Shown: positions 22,571 to 35,384 of the stretch, in pieces | Layout of the letters: each line of letters opens with the position of its first letter | Numbering within the stretch: the first letter of the stretch is position 1 | Source of the DNA: Lytechinus pictus | Lineage: Eukaryota | Direction: 5' to 3' | Assembly: GCF_037042905.1 (NCBI RefSeq) | Contig: NC_087250.1 | Location: 5,458,001 to 5,522,000 of the forward strand | Length of the DNA stretch: 64,000 nt | The notes under the pieces: generated by a model | Told to the model about the DNA's origin: nothing | Database searches by the model: none | Seen by the model: only the letters and a program-made list of their open reading frames with translations | Position numbers and translations under genes: made by a program

Positions 22571-25500
22571 TATACATTTTTCCTGTTGATGATTAGACAA
22601 GTCCTTAGAGTGTCTCGTTTTGGGGTCTGAAAAATCAAATTTGTTTCCGCTCGCGCTTCGCGCTCGTATCAATTGTAAAGTTATATACTTATCCTGTTCA
22701 TGATTAGAATAGAGCTTATAATGTTCCGTTTTAGGTCTGAAATTTCAATTTTTTTTCAGCTCGCGCTTCGCCCTCGCTTCAATTATAATAGGGATACATC
22801 TTCCTTGTTGATGATTAGAAAAGTCCTTAGAGTGTCTCGTTTTTTGGGTCTGAAATCTCACATTTGTTTCCGAGTGCCACTATCCCTCATGATCCATGCT
22901 AAACATTCAGCCTCTTATTTGCTAACGTATATGGTAACGATTATTTGTGCACAATAAAACAAAATATCGTGAACTTGATCTTCAATCAATAATTTCTGTC
23001 AGTTCATACCCCCCAAAAATAAGAAATACAAAACAGAAGGCAAGATCATAAGGAGTAAAAATCCCTAGACGTAAATATAAATTCGGTCAAGTGTCTTTCT
23101 ACCTCCATGGTATCACGATCTCAACATTCTATTGCAATTGACGTTTTTTTTTTATAGCGCGAGGTTGGTTAGAGGAGTGTCATAAAAAGTATGACCATCA
23201 TTTTTTGCACGATCATTTTGCAAAGTTCTAGAAAAATGTTGATCAAAGTTTGATATCAATAATACAGAGGTAAGATATCATTATCAGATGAAGGTTAAAT
23301 TACCATAAAATCAGATTGCATTACTTTTACGTATTTTATTTGAAGGTCTCTGCTCTCAAAAAAATGTCCAAGATGCTCGGATCTGGCAAAAAGTGTGAAA
23401 TTTAGCATACAGAGGCAGTGGCGTGCCGTGGGTCACAGCATGAGGGGGGGGGGGGCACCAGCAAAATTTTTGAGGCACTAATTTAAAAAATTGCCGGTGC
23501 CAGCAATTTGACCATTTTGTCGGCGGCAAAATGGCCGCCATTTTGAAATTCCAAGATGGCCGCCTTGGTATATTATTGCAATCATTTGCTGGAATTTTAT
23601 ATGAACTACGGTATTAAAATTCGGCCTATATGAGTAATTTGGGGTAGTGATTTCAAATTTTTCCAACTGCCAGCGATCTGACCAGGGGGTCAGCTGCCAT
23701 TTTGAAATCCAAGATTGCCGCCCTGAAAATTCATTGAAACTTGTTTTCTTGAATTTTACATAATATGTGGCACTGAAATTTGTAGTATATGGGTATTTAG
23801 TTCCGTTCATTTTAAAATAGATTGCCGGCTCCAAGCAATCTGACAATTGGTCGGCGGAAAAATTGGCCGACATCTTGAATTTCAAGCTGGCTGACATGAA
23901 TTATTACAAGTATTTCTTTGAGTTTTATATGATCTGCGGCATTGCATTTTGACGTAGACGTAGTGTGGGGTGCTTATTTAAAATATTGCTGGCCCTCAGC
24001 GATCGGATCCCAAGTCAGGGTTACACGGGCATAATTAATCTGACAGGCTAAATATGTTCATCAAGCCAACCCATTCTCATCTATTAAAATTGTCAAAAAG
24101 GAATGAATATGATTGACAATCTAACACTGATTCTAGGGAGGGTAAAGATAGAATATACCGAACTTCCTTTTTTCAAAATTGGGAAGATATATCACCACTT
24201 TGGAACTGTTTTCTAACTGGCGGAAGAAGTAGGGTCATTTACTGTCTCAAGTGTCGAATTTGATCAATGCCGTATTTTAAAAATGAGTCGGTTGAGGTAT
24301 CCTTTTCTTCTCAGATATGGAATGTCAAACATATATCCTATCCACTGGTAGTAATCATTCAACCCTTAAATTTCATCCTAATTTTAATGATTTCTTTTTA
24401 AAGCGCCTCTTGAAAACACGAGTCTAAGGGAAATGGTTTAGGCCCGTGATACATCAGCTGCAAAATGGCAGCCATCTTGAATTATTACAATTATTGCAGC
24501 AATATTCTAAAACCAGCAGACCAAAAACCTACCTGTATGTCTAAAATACATTTCCTCAAATTATTCCAAACTCAAGAAAATGATTTTAATGAATATTCAC
24601 AACAGCCGATCCTCTCTAGATTTCAGGATGGTGGCCTTCCTCCAAAATTGCTTACATTTTATCTTTATATCCATGAATACCCCAAGAAGCCAAATTTCAA
24701 AATAATACCTACGTTATGTGATACTAGATAAAATGATTTTTTTTTCATTGATTTTTTTCTTCATGGAATCCATCGTGGATTTTAAGATGGCTGCCATTTT
24801 GCAGCTGATTCAGGGGATCATATCGCTGAGGGCCAGCTATATTTGAAATAAGCACCCCACACACTGGCGGTATGTTAAGGTGCAATACTGCAGATTATAT
24901 AAACACAAAGAATTAATTGTAATTTTATTACAGCCTCTCAACAGAAAATTATTGTTTCGGATGGTTATTATTCAACCAAAGCCCACTTCAAATGTGTTAC
25001 TGCAGAATATTCAAACGCGTAGAAACTAGCTGGTTTGTGTATTATGGTGCTTCATACTTACGTAACATCTATATCAGCAATTAAGGGTGCCAAAGTATTA
25101 TAATCCTTGCAACGGACAACGATGTGGCTGTGTTGGATTTGTTTTCAGTGCCATTACAATGGGTTGTACTCACCATTATGATATTGTACATCATTCAAAC
25201 TTGGTAACCATATTAAAATTCAAAATAGCAGCTAATTTGTCCTGGTTTTCTTCATTGAATAAGGGTACAAAGATCCATTTTCCTTCAAATGTACAGTGTT
25301 ACAGGCCATACGTTAAACTTTTCTGAGCAAATTACCTTTCATAGCGGCCATCTTGTATTTCAAAATGGCAACCAAACAGGGGTATTACATTAATCAGTGC
25401 TTAAATATATGCCTATATGACAACTTTCTGGGGCTGAGTTCATATAGAACTCAAGAAAATTATCATTGCTGTTAATTCAAGGCGGTCATTTTGCCGAAAC

Positions 25501-26168
25501 CCGGTGGTCACATTCCTGGTGACGGCAAAATTCAGTGCTAAGTATCTCTGTATGCCAAATTTTGGTGTCATAAATAATGTAAATCCAATAAAATCATTTT
25601 GATATTTCATATTTAAAAAAAATATGGTTTCTCATGGCAGCCATCTTGCCGCTGAACTGATGGTCACATCACTTGTGGCCGGCAATTTTGAAATCAGCAA
25701 CCCAATATTGGTATTTTTGCCAAAGTTCAGAGCAAATACAGTATATGTAAAATTCAAGAAAATAATTTTGAATGATTAAATGGCGGCCATCTTCGAATTC
25801 AAGATTGTGGCTGACCTGGTGGTGAGACTTTTTGAAATAAGTGCCCTGAACTACACTTACACTGCATAATTATGCTAATTTTCAATACCAAAGTTTATAC
25901 AAAACTAGAGAAAATTATTAAAATGATATTTCATGGCGGCCCTCTTGGATTTCAAGATGGCTGTCATTTTGCCGCCGACCAAATGGTCAAATTTCGGGGG
26001 GGGGGGGGTGGCAACAACTGAAATCAGTGCCTCAAAATACTCCTTTATGCCAAATGTCAGTGTCACATGCCATGTAAAACTCAAGAAAATGATTTTCCAT
26101 GGCGGCCATCATGGACTTTAGAATGCTATGATAAGCGGATGTATTGTTTAAAAAAAAAAGAAGCTTAC

Positions 26169-26345
26169 TTTCACAGGATGGAACGTCGGGATAAAGAATT
26201 CCGTCATCACAGAACAAGACAGTCCTACCCCTATCACCGTCCGCATAGTGAGCATTGCACGTCACTGTTACCGCTCTTCCGTGTTGTACGCAAGGGACTG
26301 TTGAAATCGCATCTGAGTTCGGGACTACCGGACGGTTACATGATG
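26169..26345 (-). CDS. Sushi/CCP exon (5th in window)
   Basis: 177 nt, AG/GT, phase 1-1; ASCNRPVVPNSDAISTVPCVQHGRAVTVTCNAHYADGDRGRTVLFCDDGILYPDVPSCE. Confidence 0.9.
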
Positions 26346-26491
26346 CTTTAAACAAGAGACCAAAAGATCATTACATAAAACAAATGCTTTGAAATAGAAA
26401 GTAACAACAATATAAACTCACCTTAAGGAATCAAACTCTAAATTGAAATTAACGTGCACATACATGTGTTGGGATCGAAAAAAAAGTCGAA

Positions 26492-29065
26492 TATATTTTA
26501 TTCAAACTCGGTAAATAGCCCCCGATAAGTCAATGGCTGGTTTTCAGAGAGGCCGTGTATATATAATACAAAGAATAATGAATTATAGCAAGGTAAACTA
26601 AATAAAACAGAAACCTAAAAACAACACCAAAAGAAAAGGGGTGAAACATAAACAGAAAAAAAAAAGGTTATAGTAACAAACACAACAACATCGGCAAAAG
26701 GGATAATAAACATTTTGAGACTTTTTCAACTTCAGATTAAACTTAAGTTAAGATTTGGTACCGTGGGAATAGTTCTCCTGGTAACTGAATAAGTTGAACT
26801 AAAGTATTGGAATAAAAAGGCTGTTTAAATGTAAACCTTTGTATTGATATATACCTTTTTTTGGGGGGGGAGGGGGGTTAAACCTCCTGTATTTCTTTGT
26901 TGAAAAAAATATCCGACTGACCTCGTTGAAAAAAAGCCCACTGGAGGAAAACTAACCCTTTTTTGTTGTTGCTTTAGGGTAATCCAATTACGTATAGAGT
27001 AAAGCGTATGGAGTAACACAAATACTAACACAAGTCCATCTTTATTCCCCCCCCCCCCCCTTTAAGGGGGGGGGGTGGTTCCAGCGTTAATAATTGTGCT
27101 GGGTCTTTAGCAAATCTTTTTTCATTATCATTATTTGTGAAGAGTGGTACAAGGAAATATGATATTTTAGCTTGGGGCAACGGGGCAAAATTCCTGTTTG
27201 ACAGGATTTTATTACTTCAGAAACATGCAATTAGAAATGTTAACAATACTGGTTACCTCTCTCATAAATATCCATTATAAACAAACCCTTTCTAATATTT
27301 TATCTTTATATCTATAACTTAGAAATATTAATGTATCAGGAAAACACCAATGACATATCCCCTGCTATTGGAAGGAAGGAATACTAGTAGATACTTTGTT
27401 ATAATAAATGTTTGGCCAATTGGTAACATCGTTTAAAAGAATTTATATAATTGGTGGATTGAACTAAAAATGGGAGTTTATTGAATAGGGAACTTGCTTT
27501 ATAAGAGAAGGACTTTCTTTTAAATTCTGTTTTGGGGAATGGAATGTCGAGGAGAGAATTTAGTGCATAGCGGGTACAATATTTAAAAGTGCGGTAAGTA
27601 ATAAGCGATTTCAAATAATTAGGGGCTTTTATATTAATTATTTTGAATACTAATAAACAGTAGTGATATTTTAGTCTTTGTTCAAGGGATTGCCAATTTA
27701 GGGTTGTAAGAAGTGTACACTGCGGTATGTTATAATCCTTATTTTAATATTAATCTCGCATATCTATTTTGTAATTTTTTGTAGTTTGGATAGATTTGTT
27801 TTTGAACAACTTCCCCATGCAGTGCAACAATAATCAATATGTGGTGATATTAAAGCAAAATATAAGGTTACAAGAGTTTTATGAGGTTTTATTGCTTTAT
27901 GCGGCGAATACATCCAATTGTACGTGATATTTTAGTACTTATAAATCTTATATGCTCATACCAGGTCAGTTGTGAGTCAAGTATAACCCCAAGATATTTC
28001 ATTTTATCAACACACTGCAGGTAGTTATCGTATAATTTGATCTTGAATTGGTGATTATCTAGCTTTCTTTTAGTGCCGAAAGGTATGACCATGGTTTTCT
28101 GTGGATGAATATACATCTTATTAATATCAAACCACTTGCTTTTTAAATCAAAGTCATTTTGTAAATTCAATTGAACTTCAGAAAAGTTATGAGAATTGTT
28201 AAAAATAACGGTATCATCTGCATAAAGTGAAATCTTGGAATTTTTATGAATTCTTAAGTTGTTAATATCGTTAATAAATAAACAAAAGATAAAGGGGCCC
28301 AGGATTGACCCCTGGGGCACCCCGAATTTCACAATTAAAAACTCACTACAATAATTATCTATATTAACACATTGTTGTCTTCCGACCAAGTACGATTTAA
28401 ACCATTCACGTACCTTATTATTCATACTATAGAAAATCAGTTTATCAAGTATTATTTCGTGTGGAATTGCGTCAAATGCTTTTTTTAGATCATAAAATAT
28501 AGCTCCCGTAATCTGACCATGATTCATATTTTCGAACAGGTAGTCAGTAATTTATGTAAGGCACGTGGCTGTGGAATGGAGTGGTCTGAATCCAGATTGA
28601 CGTTCCGATAATAAACTATTTTGGTTAAGATACGAATACAACTGTTTGTGTACTGCTTTCTCAAGGATTTTTGACATAGAGGGCAGTATTGAAATGGGTC
28701 TGAAATTGTCAACACTGAGCGAGCCACCCTTGTGAATTGGCGTGATTTTTGCGACTTTGAAATCAGATCGAAATTGTGAAGTTTTTAATGATAAGTTAAA
28801 CAATTTAGAAAGTGGTTCCGCAATTATATCAGCACTTACTTTTAGTAACTTAGGATGTAGACCGTCCATTCCTACAGCATTTTTACAATCAATATTGCGT
28901 AGTTCATTTTTTACAAATTCAGATTTGATTTCTTGAAACTCAAAAGAGTAATTAGTTTGATTTAACATTTGTAAATCGTTAAAATCACCATCTACTGTGT
29001 TGGAACTTGAGCTTGTTTGTAGGTTTGAGCCTACTTTATTAAAAGCTTCATTCAATAAACCATCT
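26492..29065 (-). mobile_element. L2/Crack-type LINE B, 5'-truncated, frameshifted RT plus 3' UTR
   Basis: FRPISILP, QSGFRPLHST, DLKKAFD, GVPQGSILGP, LYADDT in ORFs 28552-29055 and 27889-28527; L2-like 3' end with AATAAA at ~26497-26560. Confidence 0.92.
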
Positions 29066-29447
29066 TGTCAGGGACGAATAGCATGAAAACCGCATCGATA
29101 AAATCCACCATTGCGTATCTTTATATCAGTTATAGGAATAGTCCATTCGCTTTACTGCATGGTTTATTTCTAATTCAATATATTTTGTATCTCCTTATTG
29201 CTCCTTTTTTATCTTTGCGCATGAGTGGTCATTTCTTTGGAAGTTACGCCCTAGTGCCGGGTGTCTGGAAAACGAAGACCGAAGACGGGGCTCATATCAT
29301 ACTCGTGTGAAAGCGTTCAAGTGTGTACAATACACGTGCGCGAAGGAGCATGGACTTTGCCTCCTTCATGTTTTCTGTATTTTTTGTATTGAGTTATTGA
29401 TGTTGAAAATGTAAATTGTTGTTATCAATAAACATTGAACCTGAACA
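29066..29447 (+). mobile_element. Probable solo LTR
   Basis: TGTCAGG...CCTGAACA ends, AATAAA near the 3' end; no matching TSD. Confidence 0.5.
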
Positions 29448-29933
29448 TAAGGTTCATTGAAACCAAATGGCATTTGACCTTGACCATGTTACCTGAAATT
29501 CAAAACTTGATTACCCCTATGTCCAAGTTTTATGAACTATAGGTTCATAATACTTTCTTATTTATGATGACATTTTAAAAACTTAACTTTGGTTATTAAA
29601 GATTTCATGTTGATGATGCCACCGTCGCAAAAGCGGCGCCTATATTTTCGCTCTGGTATGCAGACGAGACAAAAAATGGCAATATTCTCATATTTGTTTT
29701 GAAGTCAATAGGAAATCATTACACGCATCTTTTAAAGAAAATATTACGTTTTATTGAATAATTGCCTATTATACAACAATAAGCTAAACTCAAAGACTAC
29801 ATCATTTTTTTTTCTTCAAAATTTGGAGCCAATTCATTTACAAATGTTCCTCAAATGAGAGTCGCAGAGAAAAAAATTCCACCATATTTTTTTTTCTTCA
29901 AAGTAACATGGACCCGAGATAAATTATCACCCT

Positions 29934-30092
29934 GTTACACCCACAAATGTAATAACACTTTACCCACAAATGTAATAACGCCCACAAATGTAATAACATT
30001 TTACCCACAAATGTAATAATTTCACCCACAAATGTAATAATGCACTTTACCCACAAATGTAATAATTTTTGATCGCCCACAAATGTAATAAT
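29934..30092 (+). repeat. Minisatellite, ~7 copies of core CCCACAAATGTAATAA
   Basis: Directly visible; 2-11-bp variable linkers. Confidence 0.9.
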
Positions 30093-30298
30093 ATCTGAGA
30101 GATAAAATGTCGTCTTAGAATACCAGTATCATTTTAGGACATATAATATATTACTTTAAAATTAAAATGACTTTAGAATACCACCCAAACACATCGTAGA
30201 GGGGGTGTATTTGGTAACATTCATTACCCCACCCTCGTCTTGATGAAAGGGACAGAATATGAGCTTAATTTAATAGCAGGTGTAATAAAATCACTTAC

Positions 30299-30475
30299 CC
30301 AAGCACATAGGAGAATCTCTGTCCCACGATCCGTCGTAACAATAGATTTCTTGGTATCCCACCAAAGTGAAACAATCGTTGCATTTGAAGACGGCCACTT
30401 GCCTATGAGCATTAGGATTTTCACCCTTGAATTGAACTACGCCATTATCAGGGTGTGTCAGAGCTTTACAGTCGG
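30299..30475 (-). CDS. Sushi/CCP exon (4th in window; canonical type, not in the ORF track)
   Basis: 177 nt, TTTCCCTTAG acceptor, GTAAGT donor, phase 1-1; ADCKALTHPDNGVVQFKGENPNAHRQVAVFKCNDCFTLVGYQEIYCYDGSWDRDSPMCL. Confidence 0.93.
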
Positions 30476-30963
30476 CTAAGGGAAATGGGGGAAAAACATC
30501 ATCATTCAGATCTCATAAGCATAACATTTTTGTATCATCAAAATTTCAGGTTTAGGTTATGGTCATCTTTTTCGATGCGTAAATTTGGTACAGATTTTTT
30601 CATCATCATCAACATATTCCATATCTAAAAATTAATAATTAGTCTAATACCTAAATGTATAAACATATTTGTAATAAAATTAAAATTGCTTTGCATGTTA
30701 CTAAATTAGATATTTGTTTAGGTCAAATTTGAATGTCCACAATGGCCTTCTTTTTCACCATATTAAGAACAAATCAGAGACCGATTCATAAAAATGTCAT
30801 TGCAATAAAAACACTGTGGCAAACAATTGCCACAGTATTTTAATTTGTAACTTTTAATGTCACCATTTTGTTGCCAGAGTTTCTTATGTCGACGTTTTTA
30901 TGCAATGGGTCCCAAGCATAATTCATGTTGCATCTTTTGCAAAGGCTTTTGGGTTTCGTTAAC

Positions 30964-31003
<40 letters not shown>

Positions 31004-33962
31004 CTTTTCACCCTGCAACGCTGACTGTGTAGGCATTTTCATTACTTTCTTTTTTGTTTTTGTTCTTTTCAACTGTATTACATGTCCCAGGGGAGGATCC
31101 AGGATTGCCGGGGGGGGGGCATTTTGTACAGGAAATTTTGAAAAGAAAAAAGGTCCTCACTTCAAAATCGAGGACAGTTGTTCAAAGAAAATAATGACAA
31201 GCACAAAAAAAATCCCCAAGTGCCTATTCGTGGCACATTCCGCTAAAATCTATATTTTTGAGCCTTTCAAAAGTAAATCCTCCACTGACATGTCTCTTTT
31301 ATACATATTTCCAACTTTGTCTAATTCCATAGGAGATAGATACTCTGTTTGTCAAGCATGGCGGATTTGAAAGGGGTGACTCCATTCCATTTACTGGTGC
31401 CTTTATTCTGCATTTAGCCTAAAAACATACACTTTATTATATTATTTCAAGTACTAGTATTACTAATAGGTTAAATAGGCCTATTCATGAAATAGAATCG
31501 CCGATTGATAAATATATTTTGAGTGCATTGTTGCTTAACGTCTTTGCAGTTAAATATGCTTGCCTATACAATATTTTTTTTTTACTAAACAGCTGCCACG
31601 CCATGCAATATTGATTGCCAATTTCCTGATTTCCATGCACCTACTTAACAAATAAAAGATGTTGCAAAACATTATGAATTCACATATGCTAAGAATACTT
31701 TGAATACTTATTCCTTAAATTGAATGCTCTTTATAAAGAATCCGGTGATTCACTTGAAAAATGTTTTGTAGAGATAATGAACCCACGTGCGGAAAAATGG
31801 TTATGGTTGCAAATTCATTTAAGTGCATGCTGTTTAAAAGTTTGTAGTGACAATTTCTGAGTTTATTTTAGGATATCAAAGAAGCCTGAAATACATTTGT
31901 GATACTGTAAAAAAAAAAAGAATCAAAAGCAATATGGATTTTTTTTAGTTGGACGCAAAGAAATTTCCACCTGTTATTATTAAAGACAGTATTTCCCGAA
32001 CAGCAGATGAATTTCAAAAGAAAGCATTTGCAATACGTGTTGAACCCTAAGAGACACGGACTGAGTAATAATATGTAATATTTGTAGAGGAGAAATGGAC
32101 TCCTGTTTTAGCTGACTTTTTACTTACTTCATTTTCCTGATATTTATCGGGTATGTATTCTAATATTTATAATAATCTTCCTAGTAAGAAGAGAAAAGAG
32201 ATATTTGATATAACTAATTTCTTGACAAAGTATTTGTACTGAAGAAATTATGCTGAGTACGTTTGTAGACGACTTTATATCTTTTGGTATAAAGTATCAT
32301 CTACATTAAATGTCGAATATTATAAACAAAAAGAATACAGCTTTGAAATTATTTACGTTGATTTATATATCATTGTAGGCAGCTTATTATTTAAGCGATC
32401 TTCAGTTGGTATTATGGAGATTTTTTTAGATGTATGCTATACTTGGTAGTGAACAATGTTATTTGACCTTGACATTGTGAAAGTCATTCTCGTCGAATTT
32501 CTTAAAGGCATATAGCCTGGTTGTACATGATGTACTTGTATTTTTTGTTTAGAAATGCTGCTAAATAGACGATTCTCATTGTCATTATTATGAGATGTAA
32601 AATTATATCTTGTTACACGTTTTGAGGCCGTTTATCTGTGTTCGACGACGATAAGTGTATTAGGACACTGTTTGTCTTATTTTGATAATTATCAGGCACA
32701 ACTGAGACCCTCACCATTGACGAGTTTTTGTCCTGACATCGATGATTCATCCAGACGACGAGTTTTCCACTCTTCGATGTACACGGCAGGCCTATTTCAT
32801 CATTCCAATTTCCAAGTTCAGGTCGAACAACTCAATTCGCCAAGTAAATCAAACTTTTGCGGACAAGTCAACTTCTCAACGCTTTTGCCTAGCTGCTTGT
32901 CTTCACAGAATCTTAAAGTTGATATCCTATTTTATTACTTAATCAATTACTCTGTTATAAACTGATAGGCTCCTATTTCTTTGAATATTCGACATAACTT
33001 TATTTACTGTCGTCAATTTATTGGATAAATCATACAGGCATTTATTTGAGTTGTAAACACTCTGTAAAATTTTCAAAGAAAGCATTTGAATCATTTTAAT
33101 TATAAATTGAAGTCATTGAACCGTAATTATTTTGTTTACAAGTGCTTATTTTTCTTGAATGATCACGTAGCTAAAAAGTTGGGATGTTGAGTCGCCGTGC
33201 TTTTTGTTGTTAAGTTTTTTCCTTTTTTCCTAGTCTGATTGATTGGAGTGTTTGATTTGTCTTTGTTTTTAAAGAGAAGCATAACAACATTTTCTCCACC
33301 AAATTCATAGATACTCAGATCCGTCTCAACAAGTTCCAGCGACTTGTTTGATTTGAATTGTTTGAATTATTTTGTGCACAAAATACATTAAAGTGAAAAA
33401 TACCAAATCATAATGACAAACAGCCGAGGCGATCATGGCTATCGCGAAATCGTATGGTCATAATATGAAACTGAATGGTTTAAATGTGAAATTGAGCGGG
33501 AAAATTTATAAATAACGTCGCTTACTTGATTGGTGATATTTCTGCAATATCGAAATTATGCGGTATTGAAAAATATGTAATATTCGATAATGGTTTTAAG
33601 ATGATGTTTATAGATCGCGGTAACACGATATGACCCAAAAATTGTCATTTATAAAAAAGTTAACCACTATTTATTGACCACAAATTATGCTCTGTGGCAT
33701 TGCTTTAAACCAATCCAGAACTAGGTAAGTTGGCACCAAAAAAATGCCTGCTTTTCATGTATAAGTGTGAATGAAACTCTTACCTTCATTTCGCATTTAC
33801 GTGCTCTCTCACCAGTTAGTTGGTCCATGATCTTACGAAATTGTGGATCATATTTAAAGCGTTATAATGAATTGTAATATTATAATATGTAAAAATTATA
33901 ATGTAATCTGCGATAATTTGCTGACGATTATCGACTAGGATTGAAACAATAATAGCACTTAC

Positions 33963-34139
33963 CGTAACAATCAGGCAAAGTTGGGGAGAATAATCCGTGG
34001 CTACAAACTGAGCTTCTCGTTCTCCCGTCCCCATGTGAATACCCTACATTACATGTCACAACAAGACTTTCACCATGATGCACAGGAGGAGAGTTCGAGG
34101 TTGCGTCGGAATTCGGAATAACCTTCCGACTGCACTGGG
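33963..34139 (-). CDS. Sushi/CCP exon (3rd in window)
   Basis: 177 nt, AG/GTAAGT, phase 1-1; AQCSRKVIPNSDATSNSPPVHHGESLVVTCNVGYSHGDGRTRSSVCSHGLFSPTLPDCY. Confidence 0.9.
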
Positions 34140-34738
34140 CTAAGAAAATCATATAAAAGTAAGATTTTATCGATTGTTACTTCAAATAGGCCTACTATAG
34201 CTGTTGATATTGAGCATCAGAACGAATATCGATATCACTTCAATGATGCCGTAATGGGAGGGAAATGTTACCGGGATGAATAGTGGTATAAAAATACTAT
34301 ACGACTGGGCATGAGTGCGATGGTACCAGAACTCGCATGGCATTTGCATCACGTGCAAAATAAGAAATGAATCGTATTGTGACGTCAAGTATTGAACCAT
34401 GGAGCTATGTGTTAATAGCTTCATGATTGAACCATGCAATTGTAAATGATTGATGCATGGGTAGGAGTGGGTAAGTGAGAACTGAGTTCACAGGGTAGAT
34501 TTGTCCCTGGTTACTACTCATGAGGCGCAGCCGATTCGGTTTAGACCGTAATGCCAAAGTCACCGGGAGCACGCATTTCCACTGAGGCACGAAATAAATC
34601 CTTGCATAATCTGCTATATAGAATGGAGAAATGTTATTATCAAAATAAACAAAAAAATAAAACTTTACCGAATCCATGTTTCTGGTAAATCAAATTTACC
34701 GGAAGCTTTTTTTTACTGGACCACGCCTCCCCCCCCCC

Positions 34739-34965
34739 CCGGGGGGGGGGCACTTCCATTGACGAGTGGAAACCACACGTGACCATGGGGTTTTCGAACC
34801 ACACGTGACCATGGGGTCTCGAAAAGTACCCTATACAAGTATTTTCCATATTCTGAAAATGCAACCCTTAACAAGTATTGTCGTGTGAAGCCCTACCCTT
34901 AACAAGAATTGGAACCAAAATGGTACCACTGACAAGTATTCCCTGAATTGAACCCTAAACAAGTA
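34739..34965 (+). mobile_element. Truncated MITE (CCGGGGGGGGGCACTTCCATTGACG head, CCCTTAACAAGTATT repeats)
   Basis: Second copy at ~63430-63670. Confidence 0.7.
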
Positions 34966-35384
34966 CAACGATATCTTAAAAAACAGTATTTCTATTAAAA
35001 AGCATTACCTTAATATCTTTTTAATTAGCATTATTATCACAGACATTGCCCAAAACTTATCTCAAAATTTCATAAATAGTGAGAAATAAAGCTTTAATAG
35101 ATACTCCATAATGTGCTGAAAGTGCATCTCTATAGGCTGTAGTGTGTGGGCTAGTGGCTAAAAATAGGCATTTAAAGGCTTTATGCTGACCTAGGATTGT
35201 GTGAGACTCTGAGAAAAGCCGCGTTGTGGAAACACATCAATACTCGACAATAGATAACCAACTTTTACAATACTCATGTGATCTTGTAGCATACCCGTGG
35301 GATAAATTGACATCTTGCAGCGTACCCATGATATAGATTTATATCTTGTAGCGTACCCATGGGATAAATTTGTATGTTGTAGTA

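Noticed and set aside
24024..24448. Chapaev-like CACGGGC...GCCCGTG element
   Set aside because: Only a 7-bp TIR and no matching TSD
29934..30092. CRISPR-like repeat with variable linkers
   Set aside because: Linkers are only 2-11 bp, the context is eukaryotic and there are no cas genes; it is a minisatellite
34182..34615. Further decayed sushi exon(s) (TAG|ADYAR..., NSVLTYPLLPMHQSFTIA)
   Set aside because: Only vague resemblance; cysteine pattern and donor missing
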